From NCBI GenBank assembly GCA_964573095.1, contig CAZNIK010000001.1, positions 121,004 through 185,003 on the forward strand: a DNA stretch of 64,000 bases, written 5' to 3'. Position 1 is the first letter of the stretch. Every line of letters begins with the position of its first letter. Origin of the DNA: an uncultured Candidatus Saccharibacteria bacterium (GTDB lineage: Bacteria; Patescibacteriota; Saccharimonadia; Saccharimonadales; 2-12-FULL-41-12). Below, one piece after another: positions 25,900-37,174 of the stretch. The notes under the pieces were generated by a model, which saw only the letters and a list, made by a program, of their open reading frames with translations, was not told the origin of the DNA and made no database searches. The position numbers were made by a program, and so were the translations under genes.

Positions 25900-26694
25900 T
25901 CAAGCGTCTAGTAGCGAGAGAATGAATTTGGCTGAGCGGCGCGAAATACCATGCATATCTGCCACGGTGTGGAAAGTAGTGTTGGGTTTATCTTTGAGCA
26001 GCTCGTCAATATTGGCCCGGGAGACAATTAAATCGAAGCGCCCATAAATAATATCGATCGGGATTGTCAGCTGACGTAACTCCTCTAATGACTCTTGACT
26101 AAGGATGGTATTTTTTAACGAACGCTCGAACGACACCCACACTTGATCGTTTATGCTTGCATGGCTGAGGCCGCGAATCATGTTGCTGCCAAGCTTTCCG
26201 TAAAACAGAGCGAGTTTGGGGTTATTCATTATGTGTTCGTAGACGGTAAAATACAGCCGTTTTCGATTTTTTATCGAAGTGTCTGTGGATTCCTGGCTAA
26301 AGAACGCGGGTTCATAGAGGATAAGCCTATTGACTTTTGTCGGGTAGGTTTTGGCAAAATGTGTTGCAATGATGCAGCCCATAGAATGGCCAATGAGCGT
26401 AATTTTTTGGCGTGGTCTTAGGCGCAGTGTCTTATGTATTGCGCGAACGTGCTCATCAACGTCGTAGCTGCTCCAGCTGGGCTTGGGTGATTTCCCAAAA
26501 CCGAGCAAATCAACACCAGTTACTGTCCATTTTGCTTTATTTATTAGCTTTACAAGTGGATTCCAGGTTTCAGCATTGTCGGCAATGCCATGCAAGAGAA
26601 CAAGAGTTTTGGCCCCCTCCCCTACGCGTATTCGTTTTTTTAATTTTATGGGACGTTTGAGCCAACGATACCAGAGCGTTTCAAATAGGTGCAT
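25900..26694 (-). CDS. alpha/beta hydrolase
   Basis: LVLLHGIADNAETW and the nucleophile elbow LIGHSMGC. Confidence 0.8.
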   Translation of the reverse strand: MHLFETLWYRWLKRPIKLKKRIRVGEGAKTLVLLHGIADNAETWNPLVKLINKAKWTVTGVDLLGFGKSPKPSWSSYDVDEHVRAIHKTLRLRPRQKITLIGHSMGCIIATHFAKTYPTKVNRLILYEPAFFSQESTDTSIKNRKRLYFTVYEHIMNNPKLALFYGKLGSNMIRGLSHASINDQVWVSFERSLKNTILSQESLEELRQLTIPIDIIYGRFDLIVSRANIDELLKDKPNTTFHTVADMHGISRRSAKFILSLLDA

Positions 26695-26717
26695 TGTTAC
26701 TCCACATTATAGGGCAT

Positions 26718-27578
26718 CTATTCTGTCAACGTGTCAGACCCGACCCACACATACTCCCACGATTCTGGTTCTGGGCCTTGTCTTGTAGCGCCGACTGGGT
26801 AGCTCGGTATCCAGCCAAACGTTTTTGCGTTTTTGTAGTTTTCGACGCTCAGCCACTGATAGCAGCTTGATCTGTCAAAAGAGACGAAGGGGTCGTTTTT
26901 GCAGGCAACGTCTATTGTGTAGCCGCTGTGGTGTCGAGAGTAGCCTGGAGGTGCCGTCGACGCCAGCACTCTTAAGACTTGTGCGTCATATGTGCCATTG
27001 CCAACTAATGAAGAAACAACCCCTTGAGCTTGGAGGCGATTAAGAAAAAGCTGTTTTTGATCTTCGGCGGAACGATATGCAGCCGTCAACTCTAATAACT
27101 GCCCAGATTGTTTCGCGCTGGCTTGCATCGATAGCCATGGTTGCACGGCTCTTTCTTGCAGCTGCATGCCTGGAGCAACGCTTCTAAAGGTGTCAGTGAC
27201 CGGTGCAGTTCTGATAGTGTAGCCACGAGTGGCTGCGAGTGACTTGATTCGCTCATCTGATACGGAAAAGCCAGTAATTGGTGTATGTTCATCTATTCTT
27301 TGGGTGTTCGGATAGGCAAATCGTTCGTAGAGTTCCCTAAATTGATCCCCAGTATATGTCTTAATAATGCCTGTCTTTTGTGGTGCTTGGACGCTGTTTG
27401 ACGAGGTGGTTGCATTGGTTGCGGGTGGTGCATCATTTGCCGTAAAAGCTCTATAAGCGACAAACCAAATAACACCTAGCAGTATGAGCAGTCCAATTGC
27501 TGCCAGCAGACTATCGCCCTCGTGGTGATTGTGGGATTTCTTGCGCGACTGCCTCGATCTGGGTTCTATAACTCTCAT
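26718..27578 (-). CDS. M15B (VanY-like) D-alanyl-D-alanine carboxypeptidase, membrane-anchored
   Basis: An N-terminal TM helix, then SRHHSGYTIDV (SxHxxGxAxD) and GWIPSYP...EPESWEYVWVG (the EPWHxRYVG equivalent). Confidence 0.8.
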   Translation of the reverse strand: MRVIEPRSRQSRKKSHNHHEGDSLLAAIGLLILLGVIWFVAYRAFTANDAPPATNATTSSNSVQAPQKTGIIKTYTGDQFRELYERFAYPNTQRIDEHTPITGFSVSDERIKSLAATRGYTIRTAPVTDTFRSVAPGMQLQERAVQPWLSMQASAKQSGQLLELTAAYRSAEDQKQLFLNRLQAQGVVSSLVGNGTYDAQVLRVLASTAPPGYSRHHSGYTIDVACKNDPFVSFDRSSCYQWLSVENYKNAKTFGWIPSYPVGATRQGPEPESWEYVWVGSDTLTE

Positions 27579-27626
27579 AATGTGCTTATGGCTATCATAG
27601 CACTCGGAAAAGATAACAGGTATACG

Positions 27627-28022
27627 CTAGATCTGGTGTTGTGGCGCGTCAATAAACGTCCCACCTTGAGAGTTTAGATCCTGGATAGTGATGACGCTTC
27701 CCTCGCGTCGAATAAGTGCGTGCAACTGCGAAACCGCTTCAGAAAATTCGAATCGCCCATGATCGTAGTCTTTACCAAGGCGCACCTCTTCACCATCGCC
27801 CAAGCCTTTAAAACCAATGTCCTCATAGCTATCAAAGGAACTTGGGTCAATTATTAGGCAGTCTCGCGTAAATGTACAACCGAGGTCACGTTCGGGCTGC
27901 ACAACTTTCAAGTGGTGGTCGCCAAGGTACACATCAACAGGACCTAGGCCTATATCCACTCTTTCTGCTAGTATCTCTCGTTTTTGTTCGTATGACGGAT
28001 AACCGTTGCGCTCAGAACTCAT
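27627..28022 (-). CDS. FHA domain-containing protein
   Basis: VRLGKDYDHGRFEFSEAVSQLHALIRREGSVITIQDLNSQGGTFID fits the FHA pattern (GR..SR.HA.i......DL.S.NGT). I prefer the start at ATG 28022 (MSSERNG) over 28103. Confidence 0.7.
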   Translation of the reverse strand: MSSERNGYPSYEQKREILAERVDIGLGPVDVYLGDHHLKVVQPERDLGCTFTRDCLIIDPSSFDSYEDIGFKGLGDGEEVRLGKDYDHGRFEFSEAVSQLHALIRREGSVITIQDLNSQGGTFIDAPQHQI

Positions 28023-28182
28023 AGTTTTAATAAACACTAAAGTAACATATTTTGTTTTCTTGGTGAATATTAGGTTGAAAAAATCGCAACATTGTACGGT
28101 CAAGTATCGTAGCTATTGTGTCGAGCTTGCGTTTCCGCTTGACCTTTGTAACTAACCGTACCATATACTAGCTGGAGTAAAT

Positions 28183-29358
28183 ATGAGCAACAATTCACAA
28201 ATACTGACAATAAATACCGGCTCTTCAAGTCTAAAGCTGCTTGTGTTTGAGGCGTCTGAAACATTTGTGCCGCGGATAAGGATAACAATTGACGGACTCG
28301 GGTTGCCGTCGAGCAAACTTGAGCTTACAACATACGACGGGGATCCACAGACGCTTTCCAAGCGATGCGGCTCGCTAGACCACGTTCATGCCTTGCATGC
28401 CGCCCTCGGCGAGTTAGACGAAAGGAGTATACTGAACGCGGTTGCAGCGGTTGGCTACAGAGTCGTGTTTGGAGGGCCTCATCTTAGAAGTTCACAACTA
28501 ATCAACGAAGATGTCTTGCGGCAGCTAGAGAGTTATGCGCAATTCGATCCAGACCACATGCCCTTTACTATCCAGATCATCAAGCTGCTACAAGAACGTT
28601 TTAGTGGCCAGGCGCATGTGGCATGCTTTGATACCGCATTCTTTTCGCAGTTGCCAAGCGTTGCTCAGACGCTGCCGCTGCCAAAGAGCATTCGGGACAA
28701 GGGAGTTCTTAAGTATGGTTACCACGGCCTTTCGTATACATACCTACTGTCTCGACTAGAAGAACTGGACACAGTACAAGATAAAAAAATTATTTTGGCA
28801 CACCTCGGTAGTGGTGCGAGTCTTGCGGCGGTCAAAAATGGCCAGCCAATCGACACAACGATGAGTTTTAGTCCGACGTCTGGCATTCCAATGAGTTCAA
28901 GGAGTGGCGATCTTGACCCCTCAATCGCGAGCTTTCTTATCAAACAAGAAGGCATGGATATAGAAAATTTTGCCTACATGACAAACAGAGAATCTGGGTT
29001 GCTGGGGATCTCCGAAACCACCGCCGACATGTACTCTTTATTGCAACAAGAAGACAACGACCCCAGATCAAAAGCAGCTGTCAATAGTTTCTGTTACCAC
29101 GTTCGCAAAGCGATTGGCGCGCTGTCGGCGAGTCTAAATGGACTTGATCTAATTGTGTTTTCGGGAGGGATTGGCGAGCAGTCTGCGCCGATTCGGGCTC
29201 GAGTTTGCGAAGGATTGAGCTACCTCGGCGTAGAAGTTGATAGCGAAAAAAATAATCAAAATAGTGAAATTATTTCAAAAGAAGGTACAATAACCATAAG
29301 GGTACTACACACAGAAGAGGAGCAAATAATAGCCCGCGATTCAGCTCGTTTTATTTAG
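28183..29358 (+). CDS. ackA: acetate kinase
   Basis: ILTINTGSSSLKL (acetokinase signature 1), YGYHGLSY and VFSGGIGE. Confidence 0.92.
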   Translation: MSNNSQILTINTGSSSLKLLVFEASETFVPRIRITIDGLGLPSSKLELTTYDGDPQTLSKRCGSLDHVHALHAALGELDERSILNAVAAVGYRVVFGGPHLRSSQLINEDVLRQLESYAQFDPDHMPFTIQIIKLLQERFSGQAHVACFDTAFFSQLPSVAQTLPLPKSIRDKGVLKYGYHGLSYTYLLSRLEELDTVQDKKIILAHLGSGASLAAVKNGQPIDTTMSFSPTSGIPMSSRSGDLDPSIASFLIKQEGMDIENFAYMTNRESGLLGISETTADMYSLLQQEDNDPRSKAAVNSFCYHVRKAIGALSASLNGLDLIVFSGGIGEQSAPIRARVCEGLSYLGVEVDSEKNNQNSEIISKEGTITIRVLHTEEEQIIARDSARFI

Positions 29359-29395
29359 ATGAGTCGTTTTGGGCGGTGCTTAAGCAAGGTGGGAT

Positions 29396-31765
29396 ATGTT
29401 TGAAGAAGACAAGCCATTATCAGATGAAATGTTGCGCAAAATCCATGCGTATTGGCGGGCCACCAACTATGTTTCGGTTGGGCAAATATACTTAAAAGAC
29501 AATCCGTTGCTTCGAGAGCCGTTGCAGCTTGAACATGTCAAAAAAATCTTGCTCGGCCACTGGGGCACGACGCCGGGCCAAAACTTTATTTATGTGCACC
29601 TAAATCGGATTATTAACAAACACAAAACAAATATGATCTATTTGTCGGGTCCGGGACATGGCGGTCCGGCACTGTTTGGAAATGTCTATTTGGAGGGCAC
29701 ATTTTCCGAATATTACCCCAATGTGCAACAAAACGAGGAGGGGTTACGAAACCTGTTTAAGATGTTTTCTTTTCCTGGTGGACTGTCAAGTCATGTGTCG
29801 CCTCAAGTACCCGGTTCGATTCACGAAGGCGGTGAGCTCGGTTATTCCCTTAGTCATGCGTATGGTGCGGTGTTTGATAATCCAGACCTCATTGCGGTGT
29901 GCGTGGTTGGTGACGGCGAAGCCGAAACCGGACCGCTTGCGACTGCGTGGCACTCGAACAAGTTTTTGAATCCGATTCATGACGGAGCAGTTTTGCCGGT
30001 TCTGCACCTCAATGGCTATAAAATAAGCAACCCCACAGTGCTCGCCCGAATCGAACGCGAAGAGTTAGAGCAACTTTTCCGAGGCTACGGCTACACGCCC
30101 TATTTTGTTGAAGGTGATGATCCAATGGAGATGCACCAACTTATGGCCTTTCAGTTAGAGTCGGCAGTTCAAGAAATTCAACGAATCCAAGAGAATGCAC
30201 GGCGACACAACAACACGACTCGCCCGAGATGGCCGATGATAATTCTTAATTCTCCCAAGGGTTGGACTGGGCCACAAGTGGTTGACGGTCACAAGATAGA
30301 GAACAATTTTCGCTCTCACCAAGTGCCAATACTGATTGACGAAGAAAATCGGGCAAACTTGACGCTGCTTGAAGAGTGGATGAGAAGCTATAAGCCGGAA
30401 GAGCTGTTTGATGAAGAAGGTCGACTTATTTCGGAACTTGCGGAGTTGGCGCCAAAGGGACATCATCGAATGGGAGCGAACAAGCATGCCAATGGCGGCA
30501 GTTTGCTTCGAGAATTACACCTCCCAGACTTCCGAGATTATGCGGTCGGAGTTCCCTACCCTAGCGGTGGGAAGGTTGGTAATGTTCATGCGCTTGGTCC
30601 GTATTTGCGCGATGTAATAAAACTGAATCAAGAACATCGCAATTTTAGATTGTTTGGCCCTGACGAGACCGTGTCGAATAGGCTCGAAGCGGTTTTTGAG
30701 GCTACAAATCGGCAGTGGGACGCTCGAATTCGAGAGTCTGATGAGTTCTTGGCTCCAGACGGTGCGGTGCTGGACTCGATGTTGAGCGAGCATCAGTCTC
30801 AAGGTTGGCTCGAGGGCTATTTGCTGACAGGTAGGCACGGTATACTCAACAGCTACGAGGCGTTTATTCGTATTGTCGACTCAATGGTGAACCAGCACGC
30901 CAAGTGGATCAAAATGTCCTCTGAGCTTGCCTGGAGAGAGCCCATTTCCTCGCTCAACTATCTGCTGACCTCTCATGTGTGGCGCCAGGACCACAATGGA
31001 TTTACCCACCAGGACCCTGGGTTTATTGATCATCTGGTCAACAAAAAGGCTGCCACCGCGCGTGTTTATTTGCCCCCCGATGCGAATACTTTACTTTCGG
31101 TTACCGAGCATTGTTTGCGCAGTCGTAACTACATTAATCTGACGATTTGCGGTAAGCATGACGGGCCCCAATGGCTCAACATCGAAGAAGCGACAATGCA
31201 TTGTACGGTTGGTGTCGGAGTGTGGGACTGGGCGAGCACCGACCAAGGCGGAGAGCCGGATGTGGTTATGGCGAGTGCGGGGGACGTACCGACGCTTGAG
31301 TCAATTGCTGCGGTTTCGATTCTTCGTAAAGCACTACCCCATCTTAAAATACGCGTAGTAAACGTGGTGGACCTAATGAGGCTAGAACCCGACACCGAAC
31401 ATCCGCATGGTTTAAGCGATGTTGAGTATAACGAGATATTCACCCAAGACAAAAACATTATCTTTGCCTTCCATGGTTATCCGTGGCTAATCCATCGGCT
31501 TACCTACAGAAGAAAAAACTCCAACATGCACGTTCGTGGATATGTAGAAGAAGGCACAATTACAACTGCATTTGACATGACTGTGATGAACAAGCTCGAT
31601 AGATTTCATTTGGTAATGGACGTCATCGACAGAGTGCCGCATCTTGGAGAAGCTGGCGATAGTCTGCGCGAAGAGATGGAAAAAAAGCTGATAGAACACA
31701 AAAACTACATCGCGCACCACGGGGTGGACATGCCAGAAGTGCGCGATTGGCAGTGGGATTTGTAA
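29396..31765 (+). CDS. xfp: xylulose-5-phosphate/fructose-6-phosphate phosphoketolase
   Basis: 789 aa. [24 protein letters not shown] and GDGEAETGP are XFP signatures. Confidence 0.95.
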   Translation: MFEEDKPLSDEMLRKIHAYWRATNYVSVGQIYLKDNPLLREPLQLEHVKKILLGHWGTTPGQNFIYVHLNRIINKHKTNMIYLSGPGHGGPALFGNVYLEGTFSEYYPNVQQNEEGLRNLFKMFSFPGGLSSHVSPQVPGSIHEGGELGYSLSHAYGAVFDNPDLIAVCVVGDGEAETGPLATAWHSNKFLNPIHDGAVLPVLHLNGYKISNPTVLARIEREELEQLFRGYGYTPYFVEGDDPMEMHQLMAFQLESAVQEIQRIQENARRHNNTTRPRWPMIILNSPKGWTGPQVVDGHKIENNFRSHQVPILIDEENRANLTLLEEWMRSYKPEELFDEEGRLISELAELAPKGHHRMGANKHANGGSLLRELHLPDFRDYAVGVPYPSGGKVGNVHALGPYLRDVIKLNQEHRNFRLFGPDETVSNRLEAVFEATNRQWDARIRESDEFLAPDGAVLDSMLSEHQSQGWLEGYLLTGRHGILNSYEAFIRIVDSMVNQHAKWIKMSSELAWREPISSLNYLLTSHVWRQDHNGFTHQDPGFIDHLVNKKAATARVYLPPDANTLLSVTEHCLRSRNYINLTICGKHDGPQWLNIEEATMHCTVGVGVWDWASTDQGGEPDVVMASAGDVPTLESIAAVSILRKALPHLKIRVVNVVDLMRLEPDTEHPHGLSDVEYNEIFTQDKNIIFAFHGYPWLIHRLTYRRKNSNMHVRGYVEEGTITTAFDMTVMNKLDRFHLVMDVIDRVPHLGEAGDSLREEMEKKLIEHKNYIAHHGVDMPEVRDWQWDL

Positions 31766-31833
31766 AACCGCGGTCACTCTCTTTCAAACCAACTAGATAG
31801 TTGCTACAATTACATCTGTTAATCGCGAATCGG

Positions 31834-31884
31834 TGGGGAGTGGCCAAGTGGTAAGGCACCAGGTTTTGGTCCTGGCATTCGGGG
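31834..31884 (+). pseudogene. 51-nt exact copy of the 5' part of tRNA-Gln (acceptor 5' strand through the start of the T stem)
   Basis: 31834-31884 is identical to 32025-32075. No matching 3' acceptor strand (CTCCCCA) follows, so it cannot fold as a tRNA on its own. Confidence 0.85.
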
Positions 31885-32024
31885 TGAGATCCGCCCGTGG
31901 CGGATCGCAAGGGAGTCAACGCTTGCAAACTGGTTTGCAAAGATGTTGCGACGGGCTCGCCGAAGGTGAGTCGAGTCCTAGATTCGAACCACGATTTACA
32001 TTTACAAACATAATCGTCCGTTGA
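31885..32024 (+). ncRNA. candidate structured RNA / insertion between the tRNA-Gln fragment and the intact tRNA-Gln
   Basis: Consecutive stems: GATCCGCC/GGCGGATC (31888-31906); GCAAG/CTTGC; TTGCAAA/TTTGCAA (about 31922-31939); GGCTCGCC/GGTGAGTC (about 31953-31972). A T-loop-like GTCGAGTCC lies at 31970-31978. The strand is assumed from the tRNA context. Confidence 0.3.
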
Positions 32025-32099
32025 TGGGGAGTGGCCAAGTGGTAAGGCACCAGGTTTTGGTCCTGGCATTCGGGGGTTCGAGTCCCTCCTCCCCAGCCA
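32025..32099 (+). tRNA. tRNA-Gln (anticodon TTG), CCA encoded
   Basis: Cloverleaf: TGGGGAG/TG/GCC-AAGTGGTAA-GGC/A/CCAGG-TTTTGGT-CCTGG/CATTC/GGGGG-TTCGAGT-CCCTC/CTCCCCA/G/CCA. Confidence 0.95.
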
Positions 32100-32257
32100 G
32101 ATGCTGCAGTTGAAAATCAGACCTATCTCCCCATTGCTGAGCAGGAAAGAAGGCTTTATTTAGTATTTAGGTTACTCTACCAAGCCCGCAATTCTAGCCA
32201 ATTACTTCGAAAATGTTACAGTAGGAGAATACTGAATTTATCGACTATACTTTGAGT

Positions 32258-33217
<960 letters not shown>

Positions 33218-33256
33218 TTCTATTTGTTTCGTTTGATTCGACTTTTTTAGTCGGTT

Positions 33257-33892
33257 TTAGCTCACAAAACTAGTTTCTGATCGCCGTTGTAGCTCACTAT
33301 CAGCCGTATCACCTTTCAAGCCCTCGACCACGAGTCCTACTAAACGTTCAGCCTCGTCGTCAACAGAACGATCAAGTTGCTGCAGGACGTGGTATGGGTG
33401 GTGGTAATACACGGTGGAGCTGAAGACTGCCCGAGCTTCTTGTTCGGTGTCGCTTACATTGAATAGCCCGGCTTTATTGCCGTCTTCAATGATTTGCCTT
33501 ATTTGCCCAACCAGCTCATCAATATGCTCCCTAATCACGCTATGGGATCTCTCGGCAATCTGGTGGTATTTGGCGAACATTTCCGGGTCGCTTTTGGCAA
33601 CGTTGTGTTTAATGCGAATTAACGCCATAAGCCATTCGTGCAGGCGTTCGTCGGCTGGAGTATCTTTGGCCGCAATTGCTGGCAGGTTTCCGCTAAAAAC
33701 GGGGAGCCACCGGCGCATGACCGCGTCGAACAGGGCTGCTTTGTCGGGGAAATACCGATACAAGCTGCCGTGTGTGACGCCTAGTGCTTTGGCAACATCT
33801 ACAACCGACGTCTTATCCGGGCCGTAACGACGTAACAGCTCGGTAGTGGTGTCGAGTATTAGGTCGTTATTAAGTGATTCGGCCTTTGGCAT
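33257..33892 (-). CDS. TetR/AcrR family transcriptional regulator
   Basis: The N-terminal HTH is TSVVDVAKALGVTHGSLYRYFPDKAAL. Confidence 0.85.
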   Translation of the reverse strand: MPKAESLNNDLILDTTTELLRRYGPDKTSVVDVAKALGVTHGSLYRYFPDKAALFDAVMRRWLPVFSGNLPAIAAKDTPADERLHEWLMALIRIKHNVAKSDPEMFAKYHQIAERSHSVIREHIDELVGQIRQIIEDGNKAGLFNVSDTEQEARAVFSSTVYYHHPYHVLQQLDRSVDDEAERLVGLVVEGLKGDTADSELQRRSETSFVS

Positions 33893-34605
33893 TAGGGCTC
33901 CTGGATATCTAAAACGTCGTCCCCGGATTGGATAAGCTCACCAATCTTTTCGGCCACCGCTTCGGGCGATATGACGTGCGGTAGTAAACTGCCGTCCGGT
34001 GCGTGACGCAGGGCATCCGGCTCAGGAAAGTCCGTGTGTTGGCCAAAGCCGGTGTCAACAATACCAGGGCGGATTATGCTCACAACAATGTTGTCCTTAG
34101 TTAATTCCTCACGAGCGGTCAACGACAGATTGTTCAGCGCATATTTTGTTGAAGCATACCCGGCGATATAGGGGATAAACTTCAGTGAAGCTTGCGAGCT
34201 GATATTCAGAATCGTGCCACTACCCTGTTTGCGCATTTGTGGAATTACTAATTGCATCAGATTAAGTGGCGCTACGACGTTAAGCTCTAGTAGTTTACGG
34301 TACCCGTCGATGTTGATTTTCTCAACCGGCGCGGCCATCGCTTGGGCTGCGCCGTTGATGAGTATGTCAATTCGGCCGAATTTTTCAATGGTCTTGTCTA
34401 CCAGCTGTTTTGCTTCATTCGGCTTGGTAACGTCGGTCGGAACAGCAAATGAACCAGCAATTTCCTTTTCGAGTACCTGGAGCTTCTCTGCTTCGCGCGA
34501 AGCCAATACAACCTTCGCTCCTTTGCTAGCCAGATGTTTAGCGGTTGCCAGTCCTATGCCGGATGACGCGCCGGTAATGATAATAACTTTGTCTTCTATC
34601 TCCAT
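33892..34605 (-). CDS. SDR family oxidoreductase
   Basis: TGASSGIG cofactor motif and the catalytic YASTK (YxxxK). Confidence 0.88.
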   Translation of the reverse strand: MEIEDKVIIITGASSGIGLATAKHLASKGAKVVLASREAEKLQVLEKEIAGSFAVPTDVTKPNEAKQLVDKTIEKFGRIDILINGAAQAMAAPVEKINIDGYRKLLELNVVAPLNLMQLVIPQMRKQGSGTILNISSQASLKFIPYIAGYASTKYALNNLSLTAREELTKDNIVVSIIRPGIVDTGFGQHTDFPEPDALRHAPDGSLLPHVISPEAVAEKIGELIQSGDDVLDIQEP

Positions 34606-34607
34606 AA

Positions 34608-35288
34608 TTACCCCTTTACAACTTTAATGTTAAACATTGGGCTGTTGATTGCTCCCCACACACGCAGCCACAGCGGCAGGAACATCTCAGTGCCCCGGGC
34701 GGTGGTGATATCACCAAGATCAATGATATTCTCCCAGCCATAGCTTTTGATAATTTCGACTACCTTTGTTTTCGCTGATTCATCATTGCCGCTCACAAAG
34801 ATATGATGGTCTCCACTTGCCAGACTTTTCGGGTTTACTTGTACGAGCGCATTTGTGGTGTTGAAAGTTTTGACGATCTTAGCTTTGGGCAAGGCTTTTT
34901 GAGTCTGTTCACCTAGGCTGTCGGTGTTGCTTACAAATAATGAAGGCGGCATACCTTTGGAGAAATCCAAAGGATTGGCAATGTCGATCAGAACCTTATC
35001 TCCGATTGCCTCCTCTAGTCCTTTCAGAACCTCAACTGTCACATGACCGGCCAGTGCATTAAAAATAATTTCGCCCTGTGCGGCCGCTTCGGAAAAGGTT
35101 GCGAGCTTAACGGCTTCTTTTTCTTTGTGCCATTCACTGAAGGGTGGATTGCCGATGTTGTCGTTGTCTGTCTTTGCCATTGTCTTGACGACATCTTGAG
35201 TGCCCAGAACAACGTCATTGCCCAGCTCTGCTAGTCTTGTTGCGTGGGCTCGGCCGACCATGCCTGTGCCCAAAACTGCTATTTTCAT
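34608..35288 (-). CDS. NADP oxidoreductase, F420-dependent-type (Npd/ProC-like) Rossmann protein
   Basis: MKIAVLGTGMVGRAHATRLAELGNDVVLGT is an N-terminal GxGxxG fold. The length and remaining sequence are typical of the NADP_oxidored_coenzyme F420-dependent family. Confidence 0.65.
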   Translation of the reverse strand: MKIAVLGTGMVGRAHATRLAELGNDVVLGTQDVVKTMAKTDNDNIGNPPFSEWHKEKEAVKLATFSEAAAQGEIIFNALAGHVTVEVLKGLEEAIGDKVLIDIANPLDFSKGMPPSLFVSNTDSLGEQTQKALPKAKIVKTFNTTNALVQVNPKSLASGDHHIFVSGNDESAKTKVVEIIKSYGWENIIDLGDITTARGTEMFLPLWLRVWGAINSPMFNIKVVKG

Positions 35289-35324
35289 ATTAAACCCCTC
35301 TTTGCATTAGCTTGTACCAATAAT

Positions 35325-35350
35325 AGTAACATATTCTGTTTATTGTTACT
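35325..35350. promoter_or_regulatory. candidate TetR operator (inverted repeat) in the promoter of the 35288-33257 operon
   Basis: AGTAACA (35325-35331), 12 nt, TGTTACT (35344-35350). It lies 37 nt upstream of the first gene of a four-gene minus-strand operon that ends with the TetR gene. Confidence 0.4.
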
Positions 35351-35547
35351 CTGTCTTGATTCTAAACTTGGTCAGAACATTAAATTTTAGCTTCGTCTGG
35401 TCGGGTAGTTCGACGTTGCGGACTCGGGCGGCGGTGTAGTCCTCCTTTAGATCGAAGTTCATAGTCCAATATATCCCCTGGCCCTTGCGCAGAAGGACTA
35501 TAATATAAGTAGTAGTAACGCAGAGCGCGAAGCGCGAAGGAGGAGTT

Positions 35548-36060
35548 ATGGGAAATCTAACATCTAACTTGCCAAAGCTAGACATGAGCACGTCCACAAC
35601 TGGGTGCTGCCCTGTCTTTAATCCTGCCGAGTGGGACGGGAAACTGTTTGAATTTAATAATAAACCGTTCATTAAGGACCACATGGTGAGCTTCATGCAC
35701 ATTCCTTTGAACATGGGCAAAGTAATGAGTCGTCTGCAGAAACATGCCGAAGACAATGATGCCACAGCAGAGGACTTTATTCTGCTCAGTCAAGATGTTT
35801 CTCCGTGGCACGCAGATCATTACTATGCGGTGAGTAAGGAAGTACCTGGCGCCGAGATGGTTACGTTAAATGGTACGTTTTTTGCTAAAGTGTACGAAGG
35901 TCAGTTTAAGGACGTGGGAGCGTGGCACAAAGACCTCATTGCGACTGTCGAGAAAAGAGGCGATGAGCTAAAGCGTCTATTCTTTTACTACACAACCTGC
36001 CCAAAGTGCGCCAAGGTGTACGGCAAAAACTACGTGGTTGGTTTGGCCGAAATAAAATAA
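35548..36060 (+). CDS. hypothetical protein (conserved-looking, Cys-rich ends)
   Basis: 170 aa. GAAGGAGG lies 5 nt upstream. It has an N-terminal CCPVFNPAEWD and a C-terminal YTTCPKCAKVYGKNY. No family confidently recognised. Confidence 0.6.
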   Translation: MGNLTSNLPKLDMSTSTTGCCPVFNPAEWDGKLFEFNNKPFIKDHMVSFMHIPLNMGKVMSRLQKHAEDNDATAEDFILLSQDVSPWHADHYYAVSKEVPGAEMVTLNGTFFAKVYEGQFKDVGAWHKDLIATVEKRGDELKRLFFYYTTCPKCAKVYGKNYVVGLAEIK

Positions 36061-36099
36061 GCAATACATTTTAAGGTTGTCGTCGTATACACTTGAATA

Positions 36100-36507
36100 A
36101 TGCGCCTTGGTAAGCAAGAACTATTTCGAAGCATGACTTTGGGAGTCCTGCTGTATTCTGTGGTGCTTGGATTTTTTAATGACTACACTGATATTTTGGA
36201 CACCGGATCGTACTCTACTACGTTTGCTGTAGCGGTTGTGCTGCAGCTGCTGACATTTGTTACATTCGAGTTTAAGCGGAGGGTTGTAACGGCCTTTCGA
36301 AGTAAAGACAAGACCAGTAAGGTGGCCCTGGCGCTATCTGTATGGTTGATTATGTTTGTGTCAAAATTTGTCTTTTTGGCAGTGATAGATGTTATTTTTG
36401 GCAACAATGTAAGTGTTAGCGGGTTTGTTGGACTGCTTCTGATAATTGCCTGCCTCACACTCACCCAAAACCTGGTCGAACGGATAGATAAAAGTCTTGC
36501 GACATAA
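36100..36507 (+). CDS. hypothetical membrane protein
   Basis: 135 aa with four hydrophobic segments. Confidence 0.5.
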   Translation: MRLGKQELFRSMTLGVLLYSVVLGFFNDYTDILDTGSYSTTFAVAVVLQLLTFVTFEFKRRVVTAFRSKDKTSKVALALSVWLIMFVSKFVFLAVIDVIFGNNVSVSGFVGLLLIIACLTLTQNLVERIDKSLAT

Positions 36508-36614
36508 ACTTACCCTCGTCAATTTATCAGTCTTTCTCTAGGAGTGGTGTCTATCTTGCTACTGCTTGCTTATGCTGTTGATCCGCCTATATAATCTGTA
36601 AACCAGGAGACAAA

Positions 36615-37124
36615 TTGGACGAGAAAGCGATCAAAACGTGTTTTGAATATCAAAAGCTTGTTGAGCAGGCTGCACTGGGTGGATATTGTTCAGAGGACGT
36701 CAAGAGAATAAGTGAAGTAATCAAGTCCTTAGACCATGAGTCGAAGCTTGATATTTACAGATCAGCGTTTGACGAGGCTTATGAGACGGCTAGAGAGCTT
36801 TGCAGCAACAGTCTGAGTGGTGATAGTTTGAATGGCTGGCGATTTGATCTTACGGCGCATAATCTTGGTGTGGTGTGCATAAACTACGGGCCGCATAACA
36901 AACAAGAGTTTTCTAAAGATGTGCTTGATAGCACTGGCCTTAAAATGGTAAGTGTTGACGTTGAATCATTTAGGCAAAATATGGGTTCTCCTCAGACAAG
37001 TCTTTCGCTGTACAAATCTGAGGCCTATGATAGCGAGGATAACTCATATCAAGATATCGACCAGCAGTTACTAAGGGTGTTAGATGCATTAGAAACTCTC
37101 CATGTCGTAAAAGAGCACATCTAA
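36615..37124 (+). CDS. hypothetical protein
   Basis: 169 aa. TTG start with AGGAGA (36604-36609) 5 nt upstream. No family recognised. Confidence 0.45.
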   Translation: MDEKAIKTCFEYQKLVEQAALGGYCSEDVKRISEVIKSLDHESKLDIYRSAFDEAYETARELCSNSLSGDSLNGWRFDLTAHNLGVVCINYGPHNKQEFSKDVLDSTGLKMVSVDVESFRQNMGSPQTSLSLYKSEAYDSEDNSYQDIDQQLLRVLDALETLHVVKEHI

Positions 37125-37174
37125 AAGGAGGTGTCCTTCGCCTGCGGCCTTGCTCTACGCTATACTTAGCGATA

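Noticed and set aside
31623-32069. 148-aa minus-strand ORF, plus the 63-aa plus-strand ORF at 31833-32024, across the tRNA-Gln locus
   Set aside because: Both run through an intact tRNA gene, its duplicated fragment and the xfp 3' end. They have no RBS and no recognisable protein features. They are open frames generated by GC-rich structured RNA sequence.
35346-35765. 139-aa minus-strand ORF overlapping the start of the 35548-36060 gene
   Set aside because: Most of it overlaps a plus-strand gene that has a strong GAAGGAGG RBS. Only the last ~38 codons (35346-35461, MNFDLKEDYTAARVRNVELPDQTKLKFNVLTKFRIKTE) lie in intergenic DNA. That part could be a gene remnant, but it has no RBS or recognisable family.
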